Shown piece by piece: positions 46,714 to 59,099 of a stretch of 64,000 nt of DNA. The stretch's first letter is position 1. Every line of letters starts with the position of its first letter. This DNA is from Patescibacteria group bacterium (lineage in GTDB: Bacteria > Patescibacteriota > Microgenomatia > UBA1400 > PJMF01). The notes under the pieces are model-generated. The model was not told the DNA's origin and made no database searches. It worked only from the letters and a program-made list of their open reading frames with translations. The translations under genes and the position numbers were made by a program. The DNA lies in contig JAZQJV010000003.1 of the NCBI GenBank assembly GCA_045541795.1, forward strand, positions 1,623-65,622, in the 5' to 3' direction.

Positions 46714-48264
46714 TTATTCCCACTCGATGGTCGACGGCGGCTTGGAGGTGATCTCGTAGACGACGCGGTTGATGTGTGGCACTTCATTGACAATGCGGCG
46801 AGAAACCCGATCGAGCAAGTCTGCCGGTAAGCGCGCCCAGTCGGCGGTCATGAAGTCTGTAGTCTCCACGGCGCGCAAGCCGAGCAGATACTCATACGTG
46901 CGCTCGTCGCCCATGACACCGACGGTGCGCAAATCTGTAAGCACCGCAAAATATTGACTGATCTGCCGGTGCAAACCGGCGGCGGCAATTTCTTGCCGGA
47001 AAATCGCGTCGGCGGGCCGCAAAATAGCTAATTTATCCGGAGTGACTGCGCCCATGATGCGGATCGCCAGGCCGGGACCGGGGAACGGTTGGCGGTAGAC
47101 AAGATTTTCCGGCAAGCCCAGCTGGAGGCCGAGCGCACGGACTTCGTCTTTGAAAAGAGACCGCAACGGCTCGACAATTTCCTGGAAGTCAATCACATCC
47201 GGCAAACCGCCCACATTGTGATGAGATTTGATTTTGGCCGCGGTCTTGGTACCTGATTCGATGACATCCGGATAAATCGTGCCTTGAGCCAGGAAATCCA
47301 CGTGACCGATTTGGGCCGCTTCTGCCTCAAAAGCGCGGATAAACTCACGGCCGATCACTTTTCTTTTTTCCTCCGGATCAGTGATACCAGATAAAGCGGC
47401 GAGGAACTGTCTACTATAATCGACACTACGCAGGTTAATGGGGAAATGATTAGTAAAAGTGTCAATAACTTCATCCGCTTCACCTTGGCGCAGCAAGCCG
47501 TGATCGAGGAAAACAGCCGTCAGCCCTGCGCCCACAGCTCGATGGAGCAAGACAGCAGTGACAGAGGAATCTACGCCGCCAGACATGGCACAAAGAACCT
47601 TTTTGTCACCAATTTTTTCCCGTAAATCAGCAATAATTTCTTCACTTACTCGTGACATTTCCCAGTCACCAGTAGCCTGACAGATTTTCACCAAGAAATT
47701 AGCCAAAATCTGAGCGCCATAGTGAGTATGCGTCACTTCCGGGTGGAACTGCACGCCGTAAAGCTGGCGGGCGGGGTCGGCGAAGGCTGCTGCGGGGCAG
47801 CTATTCGTGACAGCTAGGAGCTTAAAGCCTGCCGGAAGAGTGTGGACGGTGGAAGTGTGACTCATCCAGCAGGTAGATTTGACAGGTACATTAGCAAAAA
47901 GCGCACTGCTCTCCCCTGATGTGTCCAGGATGAGTTCCACTTTGCCGTACTCACGCACGCTCTGCTTGATCACCTGGCCGCCCAACTGATGAGCCAAGAG
48001 CTGACAACCATAGCAAATCCCCAAGATCGGGATCCCCAGCTCATAAATCGCCGGATCGATCATGGGCGCGTCAGTATCCGTCACAAAGCTAGGGCCGCCA
48101 GATAAAATAATGCCTATAGGAGCGATATTTTTGACTTGATCGGCGGAGATCGTGTACGGTTTGATTTCACTATAAACGTGCTGTTCACGCACGCGCCGGG
48201 CGATCAACATCGCCGTCTGCCCACCAAAGTCAAGAATGAGGACTTTTTGATGTGGATTTTGCAT
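46714..48264 (-). CDS. guaA: GMP synthase (glutamine-hydrolysing)
   Basis: [44 protein letters not shown]. Confidence 0.98.
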   Translation of the reverse strand: MQNPHQKVLILDFGGQTAMLIARRVREQHVYSEIKPYTISADQVKNIAPIGIILSGGPSFVTDTDAPMIDPAIYELGIPILGICYGCQLLAHQLGGQVIKQSVREYGKVELILDTSGESSALFANVPVKSTCWMSHTSTVHTLPAGFKLLAVTNSCPAAAFADPARQLYGVQFHPEVTHTHYGAQILANFLVKICQATGDWEMSRVSEEIIADLREKIGDKKVLCAMSGGVDSSVTAVLLHRAVGAGLTAVFLDHGLLRQGEADEVIDTFTNHFPINLRSVDYSRQFLAALSGITDPEEKRKVIGREFIRAFEAEAAQIGHVDFLAQGTIYPDVIESGTKTAAKIKSHHNVGGLPDVIDFQEIVEPLRSLFKDEVRALGLQLGLPENLVYRQPFPGPGLAIRIMGAVTPDKLAILRPADAIFRQEIAAAGLHRQISQYFAVLTDLRTVGVMGDERTYEYLLGLRAVETTDFMTADWARLPADLLDRVSRRIVNEVPHINRVVYEITSKPPSTIEWE

Positions 48265-48346
48265 GTTTACTTTCTATTATAATATACAGTTTTCTAGGTC
48301 TGCTTTTGACGTTTGTCTGGAGTAGTGTCTACTATAATACACATTT

Positions 48347-49816
<1,470 letters not shown>

Positions 49817-49930
49817 CTATGCGCCTTATTATAACATGGAAATGGGGCGTGTGGAGTAGGAAAATGAAGGCGGGTGAAAATCACGTTTTGGCCGATTCCT
49901 CTCCCCGCCCCACCCGAAGTTATAGTCCTT

Positions 49931-50016
49931 GGTGGAGGTGGCGGCGTGGGCGGCAGGAATCACCCCCTCCTCTCTGGTACTGCGTGCCTCCTCCCCTTTG
50001 TAAGGGGAGGAGTTAT
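49931..50016. repeat. Second copy of the REP-like/signal-peptide segment of the DGR target
   Basis: 86% identical to 7291-7376; minus strand reads NSSPYKGEEARSTREEGVIPAAHAATST. Confidence 0.85.
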
Positions 50017-50064
50017 GTGAGGATTTGTCAATGGAGGGAAAGTGTCTAGTGACAGTGAACAGTT

Positions 50065-51261
50065 TTACGGCCGGCGCAACCAAGCAAGAGCATTTTCTAC
50101 ATTGATGCCGTCTTGCTGACCGTAAATATCTAAATCAAGTGTGAGGACAGTACGAGAGAAACCGTCACGAAGCGACAAGAGTGGCGCAAATTCCCGTTCA
50201 CGTGTAGCGTCGTCCTGCAAACTGTAAGCCACTTGAAAATACGCCACATCTCCAGCGCCAGAAATGGTGACAAAATCAATCTCGGCGTGGGAAGTTTTAC
50301 CCACATATACTTGTCGATAGCGCCGGCGCAGTTCCAAGTAGACGATGTTTTCGAGGATCCGGCCACGATCAGCGAGACGACGGCCTTGACTGAAGTAACG
50401 AAGGCCGGGATCGACAACGTAATACTTCTCGCCAGTACAAAGTAGCTGACGGCCAGCCACGTCATAGCGAGGCGCGGCATAAAAAATGTAGGCTTCCTGG
50501 AGAGCATGCAAGTAACGATCAAGGGTTTTTGTGGAGACTTCCACCCCATCATGCCGGAGCATACTGGTGATTTTATTGAGCGAGCAGAGATTGCCGACAT
50601 TATCCATCAAAAAATCAATGACTCGCAAAAGGAGGCGAATATCCCGGAACTGATACCGAGCGACGATGTCTTTGAGTACGATACTATCCAAAATACCAAA
50701 GATATAGTCAGAAACTTCGTCTGGCTCGGTAAGATTGATGACATAAGGGAATGATCCAAAGGTGACATAGCGATGATAAAGTTTGTAATCATTGATCGGT
50801 TCTTTTTGCGCGGTAGCAAACTCACTAAATGAAAGCGGCAAAAGCTTAATCTCGATATAGCGGCCAGATAATTTAGTGGCCAGTTCACCAGAAAGCATTA
50901 CCGCATTGGAGCCTGTCAGATAAATATCAATATTTTTGTCCAAATAGAGACTACTGATGCATCTTTCCCACTGAGGAATATTTTGGATCTCATCAAGCAG
51001 AAGATAAGTACGACGCCTGGGGACAAGACGATCAGTAAGATATTGATAAAGCAGGCGATCGTCAAAATCGCGAAATTCATGAGACTCGAGGTTGAGATGA
51101 ATTATGCGATCAAACGGGACGCCAGAGGCGGCAAGTTTTTGAGCAAAAAGTTCAAGGAGTGTAGATTTACCGCAACGACGTACGCCGGTAACCACTTTGA
51201 TGACATCGCGGTCGCGCCATTTTTGGAGTTTTTGTAGTTGCTTTTGCCTCATGACTGACAT
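50065..51261 (-). CDS. AAA+ ATPase, AAA_14/DUF4143 family
   Basis: GVRRCGKST, LDEIQ, LTGSNA, KYYVVDPG, LENIVYLEL, EIDFV; TTGACA-N17-TATAAT at 51269-51297. Confidence 0.92.
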   Translation of the reverse strand: MSVMRQKQLQKLQKWRDRDVIKVVTGVRRCGKSTLLELFAQKLAASGVPFDRIIHLNLESHEFRDFDDRLLYQYLTDRLVPRRRTYLLLDEIQNIPQWERCISSLYLDKNIDIYLTGSNAVMLSGELATKLSGRYIEIKLLPLSFSEFATAQKEPINDYKLYHRYVTFGSFPYVINLTEPDEVSDYIFGILDSIVLKDIVARYQFRDIRLLLRVIDFLMDNVGNLCSLNKITSMLRHDGVEVSTKTLDRYLHALQEAYIFYAAPRYDVAGRQLLCTGEKYYVVDPGLRYFSQGRRLADRGRILENIVYLELRRRYRQVYVGKTSHAEIDFVTISGAGDVAYFQVAYSLQDDATREREFAPLLSLRDGFSRTVLTLDLDIYGQQDGINVENALAWLRRP

Positions 51262-51307
51262 GAGGGCGATTATAGCACGACTGAGGCTTGTTGTCAAGTA
51301 TTTTGTA

Positions 51308-51448
51308 GAGTATAAGTACTAAAAAATGAAAATTTGATAAAAGTTGGGAGTATAAGTATGAAAAATTTTCCAAGTGTACCAGATGAAAAAAAGTTAGGAG
51401 TATAAGTATGAAAAATGTAAGATTTTGTGATTTTGTGGAGTATAAGTA
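51308..51448 (+). repeat. Four direct repeats of GAGTATAAGTA between divergent promoters
   Basis: Copies start at 51308, 51348, 51398 and 51438 (spacing 40/50/40). Confidence 0.85.
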
Positions 51449-51488
51449 CTCAGTGCTGCCGCTTGCAGCGTGTGGTATAATACAGCGT

Positions 51489-53762
51489 ATGGATAGTAAA
51501 TATAATCACAGTTTATACGAGAGCAAAATCAACGAAATGTGGCTGGAGGCGGCCATCGGCACGCCGCGCGCAGGAAATGCCGGTAAGCCGGTGTTTTCTC
51601 TGGTACTGCCGCCGCCCAATGCCAATGATCCGCTGCACGTGGGCCACGCAATGATGAGCATCGAGGATATTTTGGTGCGTTTCCACCGGATGCGGGGCGA
51701 TGACACCCTCTGGGTGCCAGGAGTGGATCACGCCGGTATCGAGACACAGTTTGTGTTTGAAAAAAAGCTGCAAAAAAAGGGCGAGTCGCGTTTCCAGTAT
51801 GACCGAGAGACTCTTTACCAGATGATCTGGGACTACGTACAAGAAAATACCGGTGTGGCGCGCGAGCAGCTCACGAGATTGGGTTTTAGCGTGGACTGGT
51901 CACGGTTTTGTTATACGCTGGATGAAAAAATTGTGAGGAGTGTGTTGCACACTTTTGCCCATTTACAGCAGGAAGGTCTGCTTTACCGCGATTTACAGCT
52001 GGTAAATTACTGTACGAAATGCGGCACGGCTTTTAGCGATCTGGAAGTCAAACACCAGACGGCAAAAACCAAACTTTATTACATTAAATACGGGCCGTTT
52101 GTGCTGGCTACCACCCGGCCGGAGACCAAATTTGGCGACACGGCGGTGGCGGTACACCCAGATGATGAGCGCTACCGAGATCTGGTAGGCAAAATGATCA
52201 CGGTGGAAGGCGTCAACGGGCCTTTCCAGGTAAAGGTGATCGCTGACGAGTACGTAGACCGAGAATTTGGTACGGGGGTGGTGAAAATCACGCCGTATCA
52301 CGATCATAATGACTATGCTGTGTGGCAGCGACACAAAGATGAGCTGCCGGCGCCCGTACAAGTGATTGACTTCCAGGGTAAAATGACGGCAGCCGCCGGG
52401 AGATTTGCCGGGATGAGCGTCAACAAAGCCCGCGAAGAAGTGGTGAAGGCGATGACTGAGATGAATCTCATTGATCACGTGGATGAAAATTACCAAAATC
52501 AGCTAAGTGTGTGTTATCGGTGTGGACGGACGCTTGAACCGCTGCCGAAGGCGCAGTTTTTTGTGCGCGTCAAGCCGCTCACCAAGCCTATAATCGAGAA
52601 ATTAGATGCGGGTGAAATCAAAGTACATGCGGCCGGTTACGATAAGATTTTGCGTAACTGGCTCACAGGACTTCGCGACTGGAATATCAGCCGACAGATA
52701 GTGTGGGGCATCCGGATGCCAGTATGGTATCAGGTGGAAGCGGATTCGCCGCTAGAGGTGGCGTTTTTGACCACCAGCAGCCCCAAAAACGCCACAGAAA
52801 AATCTTATCGGGTAAAGGAACTAGCGACCGATAAATGGCTGATTTCGGGCACTTTGGGGCAAATTTTGGCCGATTACAGTTTGGATGAAGTCAAAAAAGG
52901 ACTGCAAAGCGTGGACGCGCCAATGGGGACCCCCTACTCTCTTGACATTGAGGGCACGCACGATCACGAAAACGAGATCCAGGAAACAGACACCTTTGAC
53001 ACGTGGTTTAGCTCGAGCCAGTGGCCTTTTGTGACGCTGCAAAACTCTGGAGAAGGTGATTTTGACCGTTTCTACCCGACCACCGTAATGGAAACTGGTT
53101 ATGACATTTTGCCATTTTGGGTGATGCGGATGCTGATGATGGGCTATTTCCAGACGGGAAAATTGCCGTTTACTCATGTTTATTTACACGGTCTGGTGCG
53201 CGATAGCAAAGGCCAAAAAATGAGCAAGTCTAAGGGTAACGTGATCAATCCGCTAGAAGTGGCGGAAAAATACGGTGCCGACGCCCTCCGGTTTGCTCTC
53301 GTGGTACGCTCCACTCCTGGTCAGGATAAATCTATCGGTGAGGCTGATTTCAAGGCAGCGCGCAATTTGACCAATAAACTCTGGAATGCGGCGCGTTTCG
53401 TGACGATGCTGGCGCGTGAGAAAAAGGAAGTGACGGGTAGCGAGCAGACCAATGAGCTGATACAGCAAAAAGTGGCCGAAATTACCAAGCAAGTAACAGA
53501 CTGCCTGAATGATTACAAGCCGGGGCTGGCGGCAGACTTGCTTTATGACAGCTTTTGGCATTACTTTTGCGATGAGGCGATAGAAGCGTGCAAGAAGGAG
53601 ACGCTCTCCCCTACCCTTTTGCGCGAGGCTCTGCTGGTTTACTTGAAACTCTGGCATCCTTTTATCCCATTTGTGACCGAGCAAATTTGGCAGGAATTTG
53701 GTATAATGGAAAATGATGAAAGACTATTGGCCCTCACCAGCTGGCCGGACGGCAGAATTTGA
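51489..53762 (+). CDS. valS: Valine--tRNA ligase (short form without C-terminal coiled coil)
   Basis: PPPN...LHVGH, DHAGIETQ, ATTRPET, DWNISRQ, DTWFSS, KMSKS. Confidence 0.97.
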   Translation: MDSKYNHSLYESKINEMWLEAAIGTPRAGNAGKPVFSLVLPPPNANDPLHVGHAMMSIEDILVRFHRMRGDDTLWVPGVDHAGIETQFVFEKKLQKKGESRFQYDRETLYQMIWDYVQENTGVAREQLTRLGFSVDWSRFCYTLDEKIVRSVLHTFAHLQQEGLLYRDLQLVNYCTKCGTAFSDLEVKHQTAKTKLYYIKYGPFVLATTRPETKFGDTAVAVHPDDERYRDLVGKMITVEGVNGPFQVKVIADEYVDREFGTGVVKITPYHDHNDYAVWQRHKDELPAPVQVIDFQGKMTAAAGRFAGMSVNKAREEVVKAMTEMNLIDHVDENYQNQLSVCYRCGRTLEPLPKAQFFVRVKPLTKPIIEKLDAGEIKVHAAGYDKILRNWLTGLRDWNISRQIVWGIRMPVWYQVEADSPLEVAFLTTSSPKNATEKSYRVKELATDKWLISGTLGQILADYSLDEVKKGLQSVDAPMGTPYSLDIEGTHDHENEIQETDTFDTWFSSSQWPFVTLQNSGEGDFDRFYPTTVMETGYDILPFWVMRMLMMGYFQTGKLPFTHVYLHGLVRDSKGQKMSKSKGNVINPLEVAEKYGADALRFALVVRSTPGQDKSIGEADFKAARNLTNKLWNAARFVTMLAREKKEVTGSEQTNELIQQKVAEITKQVTDCLNDYKPGLAADLLYDSFWHYFCDEAIEACKKETLSPTLLREALLVYLKLWHPFIPFVTEQIWQEFGIMENDERLLALTSWPDGRI

Positions 53763-54357
53763 AGATTTTGGCCGTGTATCTGTTTTGAGCGCGTTGCTAT
53801 TGCCTTTTTTTGTGGTGCTTTTGACAGCTAGCCAAGTGGTAGATGTGGGCCGATACGTGCTAAACCGTGCGCGTGAGCTAAAAGATAAAATAAACATGGA
53901 TATAGCGGCAAAAATTGACTCTCTCCCCTACTCGCTGCGGACGAAATACGTATTGATGGAGACAGTGGCTTGGCTGCCGACGGCGGCGTTAGCATTAGTA
54001 CTGGCGTGGAATATCTCCGACGTGATGTTGGAATACAAACTCAAGCAGGAGCGATTGGCGGCAGCACACGCAGGAAACAACATCGTGATACCAGATATGA
54101 GATTTATCAATGACAGCTGGCCGGTGGAGCTGCTTGCTGCCAGCGATGAAGCGGTTATCCGTATCAATGAAGATGCACTTATGGAGCTGGCAGCAAGCTT
54201 TGGGCAGTTATCAAGCAAAGATGTAAGCGAGCTAAGCCAAGCCGAGATGATTAATTTTGCGCTTTTGCATTACTATTTTGGTGATGAAATGCAGTATCAA
54301 AACAAACTCGAAGCGGCGCGAGCAATGGATCCAAACGAACGTATATTTGCAAAATAA
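53713..54357 (+). CDS. Hypothetical membrane protein
   Basis: Overlaps the valS end; two hydrophobic segments; C-terminal A..MDPN. Confidence 0.6.
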   Translation: MMKDYWPSPAGRTAEFEDFGRVSVLSALLLPFFVVLLTASQVVDVGRYVLNRARELKDKINMDIAAKIDSLPYSLRTKYVLMETVAWLPTAALALVLAWNISDVMLEYKLKQERLAAAHAGNNIVIPDMRFINDSWPVELLAASDEAVIRINEDALMELAASFGQLSSKDVSELSQAEMINFALLHYYFGDEMQYQNKLEAARAMDPNERIFAK

Positions 54358-54548
54358 GTGGTAGTTTTGGGCGGGAAAATGTCACATTTTAGTGTGTTTT
54401 TTGGACGTAAAATTGTAACTGCCACGTGACATTTTTACTGCGTTAATTATGGCGAATTCGCCATAATTAAGATCATTTTTTGTTGCAAATTGCTGCACGT
54501 GAAACATTATAGGTTTTGCCTGGTGAGATGCGCAAATGGTGACATTTT

Positions 54549-54653
54549 TTCGCTGCAGTAAAATCAGCAAAGTTTGCTGCAAGCAAGTGAAGAATGTTTG
54601 CTGCAAGAAATTGACAAATCTTTGCTGCAGCTAATCGTTGATTGTTTGCTGCA
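54549..54653 (+). repeat. 24-bp-period array of TT(T/C)GCTGCA (5 copies)
   Basis: Cores start at 54549, 54573, 54597, 54621 and 54645; the linkers differ. Confidence 0.85.
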
Positions 54654-54752
54654 ATAAATCATGCATTTTTGACTACAAAATAGTGACGAAATGATAGCGG
54701 TGAATAGCCAAGTTTGTCAGCTTTTATTGTTTGAGTGTGGTATAATACCGGG

Positions 54753-55037
54753 ATGAAAAGACGCGGTAGACACACGACCATCATCGAAGGCTTGGAGCCG
54801 GTTTTGCGGCAGTTAGAACGGTTAGATGGGGTAGAGGTGTCGCCAGGGCGGATCAGCACGGGGCTGCCCACGGGTCATCACATTTTGAAGCTAAAACAGC
54901 TGAGTGGGGGAGTGGAGGCGGTTTTTCGCGGGACGCGGACGAAGCAAGTACTGCATATTTATGGCGATGGGGAGCAAATCGTGACGACACTGGCAGGTCT
55001 ACACGGTGGTAATTTGACAGTACTAATTGCGCAGTAG
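54753..55037 (+). CDS. Small hypothetical protein (DUF2103-like)
   Basis: HTTIIEGL..L..L....V.PG.I; ATG follows TGGTATAAT. Confidence 0.6.
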   Translation: MKRRGRHTTIIEGLEPVLRQLERLDGVEVSPGRISTGLPTGHHILKLKQLSGGVEAVFRGTRTKQVLHIYGDGEQIVTTLAGLHGGNLTVLIAQ

Positions 55038-55075
55038 AGGAGAGCTGAAGACTCACCACGATTGAATTATTGAGT

Positions 55076-55108
55076 TAAAAAGCAACTCCCTCGCTTTTGA
55101 CGAGGGAG
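55076..55108 (-). terminator. Intrinsic terminator after rplY
   Basis: CTCCCTCG-N7-CGAGGGAG then TTGCTTTTT on the minus strand. Confidence 0.6.
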
Positions 55109-55135
55109 CAACAACAACAATAAGTCAAAAAATGA

Positions 55136-55759
55136 TTATTTGGCCGCGTCTGCTTTTTCTGGCGCCGGAGCGGCAGCATCTGCAGTTTCCGCTGGTTTTT
55201 CTTCCTCGGCCGTCTCCTGGACAGCATCGACAACGAGTACAGGGAGCTTTTCGTCAGTGGTCTTGAGGGTGAGTTTTTTGCGGTCATAGTCGAGATCAGC
55301 AAAGGTGATCTCATCGCCCACGGCTTTGAGAGTGGATAAATCAATGATAAAGGATTCTGGGAAGTCGGTAGGCAAACCTTCGGCTTCAATTTCGTCATGC
55401 ACGAGGTTGTAAATCGCGCCGGGGACGCTAAAGGTACCAGTGGTTTCCACCGGGATCATGGTGGTAACTTTACTCTTGAGATCGACTTGACGGAAGGAAA
55501 TGTGGATCAAGTGCGCATCGACCGGGTCGTACTGGACCTCCGAGAGAAGAGTGGGGATCTGTTTGCCGTCAACGTCAAGATAAATAACGGTGGACTCACT
55601 GATTTGGGTCATTAATTTGGTGGTTTGTTTGGCGTCAAGCGCGAGGGCACGGGAGCCGTCAGCGCCGTAGACATTGGCCAAAAGTAAGCCCTGTGCCCGC
55701 AGCGCGCGCGGTTTGGCTGCCAGATCGCGGATTTGAGCCGTAAGTATGTGTTTTTCCAT
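55136..55759 (-). CDS. rplY: 50S ribosomal protein L25/Ctc
   Basis: L.A..R....LR..G...ANVYG, EVQYDPV....HISF, P...P..I.IDLS.L..GD.I. Confidence 0.93.
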   Translation of the reverse strand: MEKHILTAQIRDLAAKPRALRAQGLLLANVYGADGSRALALDAKQTTKLMTQISESTVIYLDVDGKQIPTLLSEVQYDPVDAHLIHISFRQVDLKSKVTTMIPVETTGTFSVPGAIYNLVHDEIEAEGLPTDFPESFIIDLSTLKAVGDEITFADLDYDRKKLTLKTTDEKLPVLVVDAVQETAEEEKPAETADAAAPAPEKADAAK

Positions 55760-55843
55760 AATTTCCTTAATGTATTTACTGCTTTTTGTTTACCAGATGA
55801 TATATTATACCACATTTTTTGACGATTTGGCGGGCAGTTGCGA

Positions 55844-58800
55844 TCAGTAGTCGATAGCGCCAAAAAAGCTGCGTTTTCCTGGGCGCAAAAAGGTGATGGT
55901 CTCGCCTTTGGTAACGGCGCGCGGAGCAATGACGCTAATAGAGTAGGGGACGCGGCTGACGATGGTGACTTCAAGCTGGTCATCCAGGCTGCCGTTTTGG
56001 TGCTGGTCATAGTAACTATAGGTGAAATCACTGCTGGCGATCGCGCGTTCGATGTTAAAGGTGAGCCTGAGAGTGGCTTTGGCTTCGGGCGCGAGCGTGA
56101 GTTTGTAGCCGTTTTCGTCATCAAGGGTGACGTCGCGGCCATCCAGAGTGATGGTGGCGAGAGTAGCGCTGTGTGGCAGAGCGAGCGTGAGGTAGTCGCT
56201 GACAGTGTCTGTGGTGGAGTGGTTGACAAATTCTACTGTCCGGGTGTGAGTGGTGTTGGAGCTGGAAAGCTCAATACGGTGGGCGGAGGTATAAGTAAGG
56301 TCGCTAGCCGTGGTGAGGTAATTGTGATGAAGGGCAAAAGTATCCAGGTAGCAGACGCTGGAACCAAATCCGCCAGGACAAAGGACACTGCTGGCGTCAG
56401 CACGCAGTCCAGCGGCAGAAATGGCGTTTTTGATGGCGTCATCACCTGAATAAAGCTGGAAGGATTCATTTTCTAAGTGAGCAAGCAGGTAGCGGAAAAA
56501 TTCATGGCCGCGGCCGGGCGCGAGCTGATCTAGCCCGAGGTCAAGCGAGGAGAAGAGATCGGCGAGCGCGAGGCTTTTTTCTGGCCTGGAATTGGTAAGA
56601 GTAGTCTGCTGAAGAGTGTGAGCATCATCGACACCCAAAAGGAGCTTTTCTAAAGGAGCGAGGCTGGAAAGATTGATGCCGACAACTACGTCTGGCGTGG
56701 TCTGGAGAGCAGAGGAGAAGTCACCACTCAAGAGCGAGGCAACTTCACTAAATTCCCGGTCAAACGTGAAATTAGCTAGGCCTTCGGCGGCGGTAGTGTT
56801 TTTCTCGTCCCCATCTCGACTGGAGCTGGCATTATCAACCTCAGACGCAAGAACGGCGGGGAGTTGGACTTGGACGCTGGAAGCGGCTGCAAGCTGCTCG
56901 GTGGTATAAAAGCTGGCTTGCTGATAGCTACCACGGAGGAACTCTATATTGGCTGCGCCCAAGATAGTGCCGCCACCAGTGCGAGCAGTGGTTTCGTCCA
57001 GGAAAAGAAGAGTGAGGCGCAGATCCTGCTTACCGGCAAGCGCTGCAAAAAGTGGTAAGTAGTCAGAAATGAGCTTGTAGTCAGCCTCAAGCTGATCTAA
57101 AGTGGAGGTGAGCGCCGCTAGAGAGTGTTCATCCGCCAGCGGAGTGAGGTCGGCTCGAGCGCGCTCCAGCTGTGTGCGGACAGCGGTAAGTTGTTCTTTA
57201 CTACTAGTGAGTACTTGCTCAAGGATTTGTAATTCGGAGGTAACGTCTCCGGTTTCGCGCCGCCAGGCCGTGGCGTAGTAATTGTCCATTTGGGCAGTGA
57301 GCCGAACATGGCGGGAAACAAGCCTAGTCAAGGCCGCCAGCAGATCCGGGAGCGCGTTTTTTTTGACAAGTGAAAAGGCAGAAGCATTTTGAAGAACTGA
57401 GGAGTGGAGACAGGAAGTGGAATCTTGACAGCTGGCAAAATACTGCGTGAGCGTTTCCCGGACATAGCGTTCATTTTGGCGAGGTTGAAAGACAAGGAAA
57501 TAGCTGCCTACCACGAGTAGTGCCGTGCCGATAGCAATACTGATGACGGCTCGATTGGTGGGATGAGTGAGGTAAAAACGGCGGATGAGAGGATGACTGG
57601 TAAAGAAAGGGCGAGATTTGAGAAGCTTGGTGAAAAAGTTATTTTTAATTTTTGCCTTTTTATAGGTAATAATATGATGTTTTGAGTATTTTTTGTCTTT
57701 GGCGCGGGCGGGTTTTTGAGGCTTGAGCGCAGGACAAGCAGAAGCGCTAGTTAGTGAGGGGGCAAAAGGGGTAATTTTGATCGGATTGATGGGTGGTATC
57801 GTGACGGGCGTGGCTTTGCGCAAAGGGATGACTGGCTGGAGTTTGACCTTGGGAGAAATAGTGACGGTAGGCTTTTTATCCTCTGTAGGGCGGCAAGAAA
57901 TGAAATTAATACCGTCGACATTTATCCGTTTGCAGACTACTTTGGGCGTGGCTGGGGCTTTTTCTGCTTGCAGATATTGCTCAAGAACGGTGTTTTCTTG
58001 TGAGGTAATAGTAGTGCGCACAGCTTTGAGGATACTGCGGGAAGAACGTGATTTTTTCTTTTTGGCAGACGACTTACTACTGGCGACTTTTTGCAACAGC
58101 GCGGGTGGGAGAGTGATAATATCTAAGCGTGGATCACGCTGAGGCTGGCGCGGCAGGCGGGGAGGCGGCAGGGTAATGGGTTCATAAGAGCCGACAGTGT
58201 TTTTGGTGGGCTTGGTAAGATTTTTGATGGATTTGCTTGGCGGGAAGAGGGGACGAGCATCACTGGAAGATGTAGGCTGATTTTTTCCTGATAAATAGGG
58301 CTTTATGTAATCAGATGTGAGCTGCTCCAGATCTGAGTGACCGCCAACGAGGCCTACGGGGAAAGGAAAAGAAAACTCCACTGGTGTGTACTGCTCGGAT
58401 ACGGTCTGGAAGTGCCTGGCGGTGATTTTTTCTAGGTGATGAAAGAAACGGCTAGAGGAGATTTTTTCGGCGACAAAAAGGCTTTTTTCTCCAGAATACG
58501 GCGCAAAAATGATAGACTCCACCTGTCGGAGGAAGCTTTGCTCGCTGACAAAGTGATAATCTAGGCCGGGATCAGTGAGCAGTCCACGGCCGGCATCGCG
58601 GAAAATGTAAGAAAAAGCAGGATGATAAGGATCATCCGCCAGTAAAAGGTCACGAACCACCAGTAAGCTGGCTTTGGGGTATTCTTCACTCAAGCGCAAA
58701 ATTTCGCGGTACTGACTACGGCAAGCGCGATACCAGCGCCTCGTCTGATCATTATCTTGATCCGGAGTCTGGTCAAAGCGGGCAATAAATAAGATCGGTT

Positions 58801-59068
58801 CGCGGCGAGTAGCGAGGATAGCGTCTAGTTCTCGCGCGCTGGTACGAGCGCCGGCGAGATCTCGCAGGCAGATGATTTTATAATAGCGGTCTTGGAGTAG
58901 ATGATCGCGGACAGAGGGCTTGGTAAGATCGGCAAAACGGCAGATCTGCGCGGCAAAGCCACGTTCGCCGAGTATGTGGGCAAGGGCTGTAGATAACGAC
59001 ACCGTATCCCCGAGAATGAGGACGGTAGGCTGCGACTGAGAGTATGCAGTGACCATATACCTTGCCAT
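55844..59068 (-). CDS. Large membrane-anchored protein with degenerate DUF4012-like C-terminal region
   Basis: Likely ATG 59068; Pro/Lys-rich linker; one TM; LLFLD...RTGGG, NF..F, D.VVGIN, C-terminal Y..QHQNG. Confidence 0.65.
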   Translation of the reverse strand: MARYMVTAYSQSQPTVLILGDTVSLSTALAHILGERGFAAQICRFADLTKPSVRDHLLQDRYYKIICLRDLAGARTSARELDAILATRREPILFIARFDQTPDQDNDQTRRWYRACRSQYREILRLSEEYPKASLLVVRDLLLADDPYHPAFSYIFRDAGRGLLTDPGLDYHFVSEQSFLRQVESIIFAPYSGEKSLFVAEKISSSRFFHHLEKITARHFQTVSEQYTPVEFSFPFPVGLVGGHSDLEQLTSDYIKPYLSGKNQPTSSSDARPLFPPSKSIKNLTKPTKNTVGSYEPITLPPPRLPRQPQRDPRLDIITLPPALLQKVASSKSSAKKKKSRSSRSILKAVRTTITSQENTVLEQYLQAEKAPATPKVVCKRINVDGINFISCRPTEDKKPTVTISPKVKLQPVIPLRKATPVTIPPINPIKITPFAPSLTSASACPALKPQKPARAKDKKYSKHHIITYKKAKIKNNFFTKLLKSRPFFTSHPLIRRFYLTHPTNRAVISIAIGTALLVVGSYFLVFQPRQNERYVRETLTQYFASCQDSTSCLHSSVLQNASAFSLVKKNALPDLLAALTRLVSRHVRLTAQMDNYYATAWRRETGDVTSELQILEQVLTSSKEQLTAVRTQLERARADLTPLADEHSLAALTSTLDQLEADYKLISDYLPLFAALAGKQDLRLTLLFLDETTARTGGGTILGAANIEFLRGSYQQASFYTTEQLAAASSVQVQLPAVLASEVDNASSSRDGDEKNTTAAEGLANFTFDREFSEVASLLSGDFSSALQTTPDVVVGINLSSLAPLEKLLLGVDDAHTLQQTTLTNSRPEKSLALADLFSSLDLGLDQLAPGRGHEFFRYLLAHLENESFQLYSGDDAIKNAISAAGLRADASSVLCPGGFGSSVCYLDTFALHHNYLTTASDLTYTSAHRIELSSSNTTHTRTVEFVNHSTTDTVSDYLTLALPHSATLATITLDGRDVTLDDENGYKLTLAPEAKATLRLTFNIERAIASSDFTYSYYDQHQNGSLDDQLEVTIVSRVPYSISVIAPRAVTKGETITFLRPGKRSFFGAIDY

Positions 59069-59099
59069 AAGGGATATTTTAGCAAAAAATAAAACGGTT

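Noticed and set aside
49829-50083. 84-aa ORF as a functional gene
   Set aside because: No signal peptide or good start; it is mostly the REP-like segment, so it is treated as a fragment.
54549-54653. 24-bp-period array as CRISPR
   Set aside because: The 9-bp core and 15-bp linkers are far too short.
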